The notes under the pieces: model-generated
The model's database searches: none
Told to the model about the DNA's origin: nothing
The model's input: only the letters and a program-made list of their open reading frames with translations
In this document: piece by piece, positions 1 to 10,750 of the stretch
How the letters are laid out: every line of letters begins with the position of its first letter
Position numbering within the stretch: position 1 is the stretch's first letter
Made by a program: the position numbers and the translations under genes
Source: Octopus bimaculoides
Lineage: Eukaryota
NCBI RefSeq assembly: GCF_001194135.2
Contig: NC_068986.1
Coordinates: forward strand, 42,635,452 to 42,681,579
DNA: 46,128 nucleotides
Direction: 5' to 3'

Positions 1-1890
1 TAATGTAATGCTCGCATTACTTAAATAAATTGGAGTAGCATGAAACGTGCGTACTGCAATCACCTTTGAAATCCATGTTGCTTATTTTTTGATATAGAAA
101 TATATATATATATATATACACTTATTACCTCCACTTTTTTGGTTACCTTTATCTTTTCCATACCTCTAATCTTAATCCCCTGTCTCTTTATATGTAGGTT
201 ATATGTATTTCTTATTATTTTCTATAAATTCTTATTTTATTTTTTTATTTTGATATCCTTACCTATTAATTTCTTATCTCTTATAAATTGTTATTTTTCT
301 TGTTCTTAAATTGATATTCTGCAGTTACTTAAGTCTATGCGAAATACTTATGTTATATCCATATAAACGTACAGATATTCGTGTATGTGTATATATGCAT
401 ATATGCACATATATGTGTGTGTGTATATCTGTATGCATTTTTGCACTTTTCTGATTCATGACTTTAAATTAATAGATAGCATGCATATCTTTCTAGTTAT
501 TCCATATGTAAATGCCTTGAGCAATCTTTATAGAAACCACCTAATAAGTAATTAATTAAGTACATGAATGGATATTAAATTGATTCTATGCGATATAATT
601 AATATATACACTCCTTTTACCTATTTTGGTTATGATATTTTTGAAATTCTTAAATTTTATTTTTATACAACATAGCAATATTGTTTATAAACTTTACTCC
701 ATAGTGCCCCTAGATAAATTTTCCTCTGTATTAACATCTTAGGTTTCTTAGCATCTTGCTCCTTTAACTAGTAATTAACAGCATGATTTAAAGTCTACCC
801 CTACCCTGCCTCTTTTTATAGACAGTTACTTATATCCAACTGACTACTCTTAATGTCTTATTTCCTCTCTGGGAAAAAGTGATACATATGATAATATTCA
901 TGACTATATCTAGCCATGAGTTGTCAACTCACTCTTGTCCTTTATTCAAAATAGACAGTCTTCTAGTCTTAGATTTAGTAGTTGATAAAGAGATAAATGA
1001 ATTAGAAATGAATTACAACCCTTTGACCCCATTATGCATCATGTGAAGTTGTAGTCTATTCTTAGGTACAATAGCGACATGAATTTCTTCCATCTTCTTG
1101 CTCTGTTAAAATATTTAAGAAAAATTATATTAATGTGTGCTACTTGTTAAAATTCTTTTTATTTATTTGTGCAGCTGAAAATGGCATTGCATTTAAATTG
1201 ATGCAATGATTGCATTGTTTAATTAAATGGAGCCACTTGAAATGGTCATACTGCATTACTACTTGATATCCTGTTGCTTATTTTGATTTTATATGTATAT
1301 ATATATATTATATAAATGTGTGTATGTGATTATGTGTGTGTGTTTAACCCAAAATGACTCAGAAATGGTGCATCCTTGAGAACAATGAATTTGATTTTCG
1401 ATGACTGCATCCCAAAGCAAAAGTCATATATAAATGATAGAAAAAAATATTTCCACCAAGAAATAACTCAACTTTCAGATTGACAACTCTCCCACTATCA
1501 ATCACCAACAATCTATCTCTCTATTATTTATCATACTCTTTGACATTCACTCTTTTTGTATATGTAATAACTCTCACACCTAGCTTTCATTTTATGTAAT
1601 ACCTTTTCTGAGTTCACTTTCATTTTATCACAACTATTATGCACAAATCCTATTTTCTGATTGGGTAAAAATGATCAAACTTTAAACCTCTGTAACATTT
1701 TTCATAAACTTGGATTTAGCACACAAAAGTACATCAATATAGCAAACTTTAAAATTTTTTACTTAATTTTAAAATTTCAAAACCTGTGACATTGACAGAT
1801 AAGATCTTTCTCCCTCTTTTGCCTATCTGTTTCATTTTCTCTTTGTAAACTTTCTTGCTCACTGTAAAACAGTGTTTCTCAACTTTTTTT

Positions 1891-1980
1891 TTCTGATGCA
1901 CCACTCTTTAATAACAAATTTTCTGGTACCCCACTTTTTAATAACAAATTTTCTGGTGTCCCACTTTTTAATAACAAAAA
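1891..1980. repeat. 3 x 30-bp subterminal tandem repeat in the hAT element
   Basis: Units ttctgatgcaccactctttaataacaaatt / ttctggtaccccactttttaataacaaatt / ttctggtgtcccactttttaataacaaaaa. Confidence 0.9.
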
Positions 1981-2065
1981 ATCTGTTGACCATCAACATT
2001 TTTGTTTTTAAATATAGAAACAGATTTTTAATTCAATTACCTGGCTAACGGATACCTTGACTCAT

Positions 2066-3770
2066 TTAGTGAGAACTCTGTGCCTGAGGCATATGGCACA
2101 CATCCTTGATTTGAGGAGACAATTTTGTTAACTTCAGCCGTAAATCACCACATTTTGTAGTTTCAAGTCGGTTTCTCTTGGCTTCCAGCAAATTGTCAAC
2201 TGCACTGAATTCACATTCAACCAAATAAACCAAAGGAAAATAAATCAATAGTTCTCTTGCTGATGTAGAGATGTTGGGGTATTTGCTTTCAACCTCATCA
2301 CATAGCCACATAATTGTACCTTTCAATTTAAACAAAGTCTTCACTGATTCATCATGTTGCAATTCTGATAACTCCTCTTGGTATTGAACTGCAGCATCAG
2401 AAATATCAATCAGCAGTGGCTGAGTTAACCAAGAGGAAAAATTCATTGCCTTCAAATGACTAAATTTCTTGTTGAAGTCCCTAATTAAGATATTCAAATG
2501 CTCAATAATTACAGTGGCAGCATGATTTGTTATAACTGATTGAAATTTTTTTTGGAAACATTTTTTTGGTATATTTTGAGGGCTGTAATGAATACAAAAA
2601 TCTTTGCTTTCTCATCAACAAGAGTCATATTCACACATTAGAGTTGTTTATTCAAATTTCCAAGTTTCCCAAAGATGTCAAATAACTGACAAACGCTTTT
2701 CCATCTATTGTTGACAGCATTTTCATTTCACATTTATCACTGAGAAAGTTGTTAAGCTGATCAAATATTTCCATGAACCTTTTTAAGCCATTTCCACTTG
2801 ATAGCTACCTTACTTCTGTATGGGGCAATAATTGAACATGCTCAGCAATAATGGAACATGCTCGGCACTTTGATTTACACAAAACTGCTTAAAAATATGT
2901 TCGGCTTTGGAATTAGCTTTAATGCTATTGACACACTTGATCACAGCTCATAGAACCTCATTAAAAATAGGGGACAGTTTCTTGGCAACCAGGTTTTCTC
3001 AGTTTATGTAGCACTAGACAATCAACAGGTTTGGATTTTCATCCTCCATCATTTTTAAGCATCCCATTTTCTTGCCCATCATAGCAGGTGCATTGTCTGC
3101 TACGCATGACAGTAAGTTTTCTTTAGGTATTTTGCTTGCATCCAAATAATGTTTAAGTTTGCTGTGGATATCCTTTGCAGCTGTGGTTGTTTCCAATGAT
3201 TCACAAAACAACATCTCTTCCTGCAAAGCTTTGTGTTCAATATATTTCACATAAGTCAATAACAGGGTTTTACTGTCCTGAAATGTGGATTCATCCATTT
3301 ATAATAAGAATTTTTGTGATTTTAATGTCTCAGTAAACTGGTTTTGAATATCTTGTCCCATTTCATCAATTCTGCTGGAGACAGTGTTATTACTGAGTGG
3401 TATGGCCCTGACATCTCTATCTCTTTTTGTTGTACAGTTTTTAAGGATGTTGAGATAATTGGTTTAATCAGTTGTACTCCAATAGTGATTCTTTCCATGT
3501 TTTGTTATAAGCAGGGAGATTTCGTAGCCGGCTTTGAGGGCATGAGTGTGGGATGCATGTTGTGCAGCATTTAGTGAAGTGAATCTGAATTAGAATTGTT
3601 GGGATTTCTTATCCTCAAGTGTGTTTTTAGCCTGCCTGCCCTCATTGACTCATTTTCTGATGACACAATAAGCAGAACGGTTTACGCTCATCATGCTCGT
3701 TAGGAATAAACCCAAACTTCAAAAACTCCACCGCATATTGACAAGTCTTCTTCTTGCTTTGTTTACTCAT
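2066..3770 (-). pseudogene. Frameshifted hAT transposase (BED finger, DDE core, C-terminal dimerisation region)
   Basis: MSKQSKKKTCQYAVEFLKFGFIPN..KPFCLLC (BED start), MDEST.. and CVADNAPAMMGKK.G (catalytic core), YFPLVYLVECEFSAV..RNRL..GDLRLKLTKLSPQI (hATC). Split over three ORF-track pieces. Confidence 0.9.
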
Positions 3771-5772
3771 TTTAAAAAGGGCTGACACAAATCCAAGAAA
3801 GCGATGAAGCAAAGGAGATGGCAATTTTTGCACAGTGTAGAAAGAAAGGGATTCAAAGCATCAATCAACAGTAGTGAGTGGAGTCAACTGCTGCTTTTAC
3901 AAATGCTTGACACTGGACAGTAGATATTGAAACAGAGAAATAAATGCCTAACAAATGCAGTTACCTCACTTGGTACGCTGATTGATCGTAGCTACATCAA
4001 TTCCCATGGTTTCAGTATAAATATTGCATGGCGATGCTTTATTCATTCTAGTGTCCAAAGATAGGCTTAGGGTCGACATGTATGAGCTGAAGTCACTTGT
4101 AAAAATTTTCACAACCCATGCTAATGCACACCCCACCCCAATTTTCCCATGCCCAATGTTGGCAAACACGGCTGTAAACGAATATCACTCATGCTGAGTG
4201 TGTGTTTATGAGTATGTGTCTATGTTTGTGTGTAGGGAACTTCATTAGGGCAACAGAGCGATTAGAAACAAAGTTATGTAAAAGATAATTTATTTTAGTA
4301 AAATACTTTTCTGTTAGTAAATGACTTTTCTTACACACACATGGACTCTGAGTTTGTATGTGTGTGTGTATACATATAATTTAATAACAATGGTATGTAA
4401 AAGATAATTTATTTCAATGGCATACTTTTTCTCTTAGTAAATATGTTTCTTTTTACATACACATGCATGCAAACTCGCTTGATGCAGTATGGGGTTAATG
4501 ATTTAAATAACTAATTTTTCTTGTTGTTATTGGTTAAATCCTAGCAATTGACCACTGTAACATCATTCCATAAAATGTGTCTATAGAGAGAAAAATATTG
4601 AAAATCATCAATATGTCTGAGTGACAAAGAAATGAAGGAGGTACTGAGTGGTCATGGAATGTGATAGAAACAAAAGCTAAATCTCCCTTGAACCACCTTT
4701 TCATCTGAAAATTATTTTGAAATTATAAACAGAAGCAAATTGCAGATTCAGACTGTATTTAAAACTAAGATTGAAAAAATGTTTGCGTCAAAAAGCCGAA
4801 ATTTTAGGATTTAAATTACATTTCATTTTCTGTTTGGAAATAAAGGAAGTAAGGATTGTAATGGTGTTCACCAGTTTCCCAAATTTTTTTTTTTCTTTTA
4901 ACCTTCAAGGTTTCTCCTATCATTTTAAAGTCCAAAAGCAAAAAAATAATAATAACTAAATAGAAAAAAAACATTGGCCAAAATCAGTACTGAGTGAGAG
5001 AGGAGATTTTGAAAAGATTCATAAATTTTCGTAAACATTTTTTTTACTGAAAAGGTATCTCGTTTTTAAGTGCGTTGTCTGAAAAAATTGGACAGAATTG
5101 GTCCAGAAGGGAGGAGAGAGAGGATTCAAAAATGTTCAAAAATTGTTTTTCATAAGAAGCTTCCCCCTATCATTTGCAAGGGTGTGGTGAAAAACAGATT
5201 TGAAAAATCCCTGTCAAAGCAGAGAAAATCCAACTTATGTGGGTGTGCTATTCTGAAAGTCCACCTAGGATTTTCAGAAAGCACACTCACACATCAATAT
5301 TGTGAAAATTACCTGGCAATGATAGGATTGTCAGCTAGTATATTTATATAGACACCAGATTTAAGGAGATCATTATTGAAATTTAAGACAAGCTTTGATA
5401 CTCAGCCTTTGCCAATATTATAAAGACATATCAGTTATATTATTAAATAAGCCTATTCATATCTCCATACATGCTGTTACAAAGAAAGAAGAGGCTAGAG
5501 AAGTAGAGGAAACTAACTGTGTCAATAAGAAAATCAAATCACTTAAATCCATCTACAGTTGTGAGTTTTATTACTGCTTAAAAATGGAATTGCACAGATG
5601 CCAATATATCAAGAAATATTTTCTCTAATGAGCACTTTCACAAATGTACAAACGTCTTCCTTAGATAACAATTGAAATGAAGATATGAAATCTCTAGGAG
5701 AGTCTGTAGAGTTATATAATGACATGAGTTTTAATGTAGTTTGGAATTGATTTTCGACTTTATCACAGTTAA

Positions 5773-5930
5773 GGTGCAATAGTGGCTGTGTGGTAACAAG
5801 CTTGCTTCCCTACCACATTTTTCTGGTTGCAGTCCTATTTGCATGGCGCCTTGGGCAAATGTCTTTTACTGTAACTCCAGACCAAACAAATCCTTGTGAG
5901 TCAATTTGTTAGACAGAAACTGAAAAAAAG
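5773..5930 (+). mobile_element. tRNA-derived SINE, family A, 5' part
   Basis: gtggctgtgtggtaa..ccttgggcaaatgtct..agacagaaactgaaa aligns with copies at 10341 (+) and 6881 (-). Confidence 0.8.
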
Positions 5931-6861
5931 CTTAACACAAACCCCTTCAGGTAGATGGCCCTGCTCGATTTGGAGAAAAGGTGTAGGTAGAAACTCCATA
6001 AGTTGTACCCAGTGTAAGCTATGGACACATAAGAGGTGCAGAAATATCAAAGGAAGTCGAACTAGCAAGATAATTTTTGTATGTGGCAGGTGCTCAGGAG
6101 CAATAAACACTGAAAATGTGCAGAAAACAACCTTTACCACTCTCTAGGGAGAAAAACTAGAAGTAGTTGATAGCTTCCGCTATCTATGTGACCAGGTTAG
6201 TAGCGGGGAAGGGTGCGCTGAAAGTGTAGCTGCTAGAATAAGAAAAGCTAGGCAAAGTTCAGAGAGCTCCTACTTCTGCTGGTGACAAAGGCTTCTCGCT
6301 CAGAGTAAAAGGCAGACTGTATGACGCATGTGTACGAACAGCCATACTGCATGGCAGTGAAACATGGGCTGTGACTGCTTAGGACTTGTGTAAGCTTGCA
6401 AGAAACAAAGCCAGTATGCTCCGTTGGATGTGTAATGTCAGTGTGCATACTCGACAGAGTGTAAGTACCTTGAGAGAAAAGTTGGACCTAAGAAGCATCA
6501 GTTGTGGTGTGCAAGAGAGACGATTGCGTTGGTATGGTCATGTGGCAAGAATAGATGAGGATAGCTGTGTGAAAAAGTGTCACACCCTGGCGGTTGAAGG
6601 AACCTGTGGAAGAGGTAGACCCAGGAAGACCTAAGATGAGGTGGTGAGGCCTCACCGAGGCAATGACCAGTGACCGGGACCTTTGGAAATATGTAGTACG
6701 TGAGAAGACCCGGCAAGGCAAGTGAGAGCATAATCTGTGACCTCTGCCAGAAGTGTAGCCAGCTCACTAATTCGTATCTTTACTTCATTGGACACTAAAA
6801 CCCTGCTTGCGAAGACCTGTTGAGGCAAGTGAATTTGGAATTTGAAATTTGAAATCTGAAA
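5931..6861 (+). mobile_element. 5'-truncated RTE-clade LINE (RTE-X-like): ORF C-terminus, 3' UTR and (GAAATT)n-like tail
   Basis: TQTPSGRWPCSIWRKGVGRNSISCTQCKLWTHKRC and QERRLRWYGHVAR..GRGRPRKT peptides, with stops and frameshifts. Confidence 0.9.
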
Positions 6862-6880
6862 ATATATATATACATATATA

Positions 6881-7034
6881 CGAGGGCTTCTTTCAGTTTC
6901 TGCCTACCAAATCCACTCACAAGGCTTTGGTTGGTCTGAGGCTATAGTAGAAGACACTTGCCCAAGGTGCCATGCAGTAGGAATGAACCCAGAACCATGT
7001 GGCTGGTAAGCAAGCTACTTACCACACAGCCACT
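6881..7034 (-). mobile_element. SINE family A, 5' part
   Basis: Reverse complement of the head at 10341-10500. Confidence 0.9.
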
Positions 7035-7059
7035 ATTCTTAAGGAATTGAGCAATGGAA

Positions 7060-7400
7060 TAACCTGATCCTAGCACTGGCTTTAACATCCATTGTGATAT
7101 CAGATCTTTGAACAAGAACATGAAACTAAATATGGTATTTTGTGTAATTGGTGTGATGAAGTTCAATTTTGCTCTACTGTCATCAAATATATTTGTAAAT
7201 ACATTGTGGAAGAGCTGTTTTAACCATCTAAAAAAAACATGTAAAATGGTTAAGTTTTGTGAGGTATTAAAAATTTTTGTAGCACCACTACTATCATTGG
7301 TCATAGACATAGTTTCACTGCAACTCTCTGACAATTAGTCTCTGAAGGGTTTTTATAGACCTCAGTTTAAATGTACAGACATATGTGTCTGTTATACAGT
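7060..7400 (+). mobile_element. Possible CR1/L2-type AP-endonuclease N-terminal remnant
   Basis: One frame reads FNIHCDIRSLNKNMKLNMVFCVIGVMK, resembling the H.NIRSL.KN...F.VIG..ETW start of CR1/L2 APE domains. Heavily decayed. Confidence 0.4.
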
Positions 7401-7804
7401 TATTGCTCTACCTCTTGTTAACATCCATGATTAATCACTTTTTGATCTCACTTGACTGTAATGTTTATAACACTGTACATTAATGGTACATCTCTCTCTC
7501 CACCCTCTATCCCGACCCCATCCCTTGTCATTGTTCTCTCCCTTCCTTTTTTTTACTCCAATTTATTTCTGTCATATTGACTGGCTTTGAAAATATGCAC
7601 GTTGTTTGCCATGTATATATAAAGTATTTTTGACATTTTCTTATAGTACAAAGGTATAAAAAATAGAAATAGATTCTCACTAACTAGATTTAATTTTAAC
7701 TTCTTGGCAAAAAAAGTAAAACAAAAAATTCCAAATAAATAAAAGAGGCAGGAAGTCAGATACTAATTTAGATCTAGTATCATATTCAATATTGTGCTTA
7801 TAAA

Positions 7805-9050
7805 TAGGGTGTTCTAGCTAAACTTGACAATTTATTATGTTTTTTTTTTTTTTTTTTTTTTTTTTNNNNNNNNNNTTTTTTTTGTTTTTTTTTTTTCAGG
7901 AACAGCTTGATGTATTGGCAAACAGCCAGCTGTTTTGGAGAGCATAAACATTAAAGTTGTTGATAAAAAGTTGGTTGATGTGGAGGAGTTGAAGTCCTCT
8001 GAATATTGGAAAACAGTTACTTATATTATGATAATTTGCACAAGGTATCGAATGCCAACATCATGACTACTGCTCAATGCTCTCTGAATACTGTAAAGAC
8101 TGTGAGATGTGACATGGACAGCCACGATGGGGACTACCAAACTGTAGCCAGAAAAAAGGTACACAGTGGACTTTCTGACTGTATCCACATGCCAGAAATA
8201 ATCCAACAGGACAAGCTGATGAAAGATTCGAGCAAAAAAACCTGGGCTTTGGTGAGAAAGATGGATGTTGGAGTTGCCACCATGAAGCTGACTCTGAATG
8301 AGGTCTTTTGCTGCCACTCATTCAAGAGGTGCAAGGGACAAATTATGACAGCCAAGGAGAACTGCTTGATGAAGACAAAGAAGCTCTTGAATAAGCTGAG
8401 GCATCCTGCTGAGCCGAGGATCATCTGGTTTTTCTCAGATGAAAAGAACTTCTCCCAGGACCGGTTGCACAACACCTAGAATAACAGGTGGCTTGCCTAC
8501 AATCCCACATATGAAAACCAAGTCCCTCCAAACTGTGATGATCCATAGGGGTCTCACCAGTGAGGGTTATGTCATGCCACTCTGATTCATTGAACAGTGT
8601 CTTAGGTTCAGTTCAGACAGCTGTGTAAATCTGCTGGAAGGTCATTTGTGTTTCAGCAGGATTTGGCTCTTTGCCATACATCCAGAGTCAGAATTTCCAC
8701 AACTTCACCAGCCCCAATTTCTGACCTCCTAATTCCCTTGATTGTAATAATCATGGATTACTATGTAGGGGGCATGACTGAGACAAATACTAACTGCTCT
8801 GCTGGTGGCCAAGATCAAGGTGTTTGAAGATTTTCCCAGGGACACAGTGAGGAATGCATGCACAAGATTTCAAAGCCATCTTGAGACCGTGGTGGAAACT
8901 GAGGCTGACTGCTTTAAATTATCTATTATCTCCCAACCATAATCTAGTTGATATTTTTTTTTAATTTTTAAAATACTTTCATTTTTGGGATGAGATATTG
9001 TGTTTTCTTTACTTTTTATGCAAACTGTCAAATTTAGCCTGAACAGCCTA
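7805..9050 (+). mobile_element. Full-length decayed Tc1/mariner element, maT/DD37D-like
   Basis: 26-bp TIRs tagggtgttctagctaaacttgacaa (7805-7830) and ctgtcaaatttagcctgaacagccta (9025-9050), then TA. Motifs IWFFSDEKNF, FVFQQDLALCH, PPNSLDCN.MDYYV. Contains a 10-N gap at 7866-7875. Confidence 0.88.
8006..8920 (+). pseudogene. Disrupted Tc1/mariner (maT-like) transposase
   Basis: ORF 8006-8479 ends at FSDEKNFSQDRLHNT*. Later catalytic motifs continue in shifted frames to ..HLETVVETEADCFK. Confidence 0.8.
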
Positions 9051-9409
9051 TATGGTAATAAATATGCATATATATATATATATATATATCAGAGAGTTAG
9101 GGGTTGAGGATTCAACCAACTAAGGGATAGTATCTATCCAATATACTGCTGGGAGGGTACCCAATTATTGTTACACTAGTGTTATGCCAAGTGTAATAAG
9201 TGGGTGCGAGTAAAAGGGGGTTATTTTACCCTAAATTTATATAGCAATAAGAAAATGGAGGAGAATATGTGGTATCCAGCGACTTGCAGACAGTGTATTC
9301 CATTGAATTAATTTGTTTATTTTGTAACGAAAATGACAAAAACCACAATATACAGATGCTTATGACATACCATGTCATATTAACAATTAAGGTTACAAAT
9401 AGAAAGTAC

Positions 9410-9477
9410 ATTTAGCAATTGGAGAATATGCAGAAACTTACAGCTGTAAGTTCCTGTATATTCTCCAATTGCTAAAT
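9410..9477. repeat. 68-bp loop-less near-perfect palindrome
   Basis: atttagcaattggagaatatgcagaaacttacag|ctgtaagttcctgtatattctccaattgctaaat; 34-bp arms, 32/34 complementary. Confidence 0.95.
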
Positions 9478-10340
9478 TTAGAGAACCAACAATATACAAT
9501 TCACACAATGAATATGGACCGTATTTTGAGTAGAATATAATCGTTATCAATTTATTGTGAATTGTACTGGTTTTATCTTCTATAATGTGGCCACGAAATG
9601 TGCATAGTCAATACTCTACCTTCTATTTTATCAATTTACTAAGTTGAATTAAATTTTTAGTCTAGTATTTTATAGTTTTTAATGTATTTTATACTTTTCT
9701 ATTGGATTTTATAGATTTTAAAATTAGTATTTTGTAGAGTACGTTTTTCTGGATGGTGATTGGTCTCCTTCATTGTGTGAATTGTATATCAGTGGTTCTT
9801 CTCTAAATTATATTTATATACATATATTATTTATTATAAAATTCAATTTGGTATTACTAAATTGAATATTCCTGTATGTTTGGAATTTTACATTCCCTAA
9901 TATTATAATAATTATGATTATATATATATATGCATATTTATTACCATATAGGCTATTCACATATACACTGAGTTTGTTGATAGACTCATTGTTATTTGGT
10001 GCATTTTAGTAAAAAAAAAAAATGGACGTAGTTTTCTTTTTAGGATAGTTTGCTCCAGTGCCTACTGAATCTTTCATTAATATTGCAAGCTGTCACACCT
10101 ACACAAGTGTCAGGGAAGCCTATACATAATCTTCTTGTCATCTTATACAGTGTAATGCATTTTTTACTTTGCAGTGGCTGTATGTATGTTTTGTGATATA
10201 TATTTCACAACTGTTTTCACTGTTGAAAGGCTAGAACTTGAGGCTAACTTCCTTCCACTAATCTCAAAGTCTTTGTAAAATATCATGGATAGTTTCTTCC
10301 TATCTTGATTAAAAGATTAAAAAAATCATCTATATTCTCA

Positions 10341-10750
10341 GTGGGAGTGGCTGTGTGGTAAGTAGCTTGCTTACCAGCCACATGGTTCTGGGTTCAGTCC
10401 CACTGCATGACACCTTGGGCAAGTGTCTTCTGTTATAGCCTCAGGCCGACCAAAGCCTTGTGGGTGGATTTGGTAGACAGAAACTGAAAGAAGCCCGTCG
10501 TATATATGTGTACATGTGTGTGTGTGTCTGTGTGTGTGTGCACATGTTTGTGTGTCTGTATTTGTCCCCCCAACATCACTTGACAACAGATGCTGATGTG
10601 TTCATGTCCCTGTAACTTAGGGGTTCGGCAAAAGATACCGATAGAATAAGTACTAGGCTTAGAAAGAATAAGTCCTGGGGTCAATTTGCTCGACTAAAGG
10701 CGGTGCTCCAGCATGGCCGCAGTCAAAAATGACTGAAACAAATAAAAGAA
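10341..10750 (+). mobile_element. Near full-length SINE family A (tRNA-like head, internal (TG)n, 3' domain)
   Basis: A-box-like gtggctgtgtggtaag, B-box-like gggttcagtccc. Ends aaggcggtgctccagcatggccgcagtc..gactgaaacaaataaaaga. Many homologous copies in the window. Confidence 0.92.

Larger units (their letters stand above)
1870..4171 (-). mobile_element. Full-length decayed hAT DNA transposon, Buster/Charlie (ZBED5/ZBED8-like) type
   Basis: TIRs CAGTGTTTCTCAAC (1870-1883) and GTTGGCAAACACGG (4158-4171; rc CCGTGTTTGCCAAC, 11/14 match). 8-bp TSD CTGTAAAA / CTGTAAAC. Internal transposase remnants. Confidence 0.9.

Noticed and set aside
2066-3833. Domesticated ZBED5/ZBED8/SCAND3-like host gene
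   Set aside because: The ORF is broken by frameshifts and lies inside TIRs with a TSD, so it is a dead transposon.
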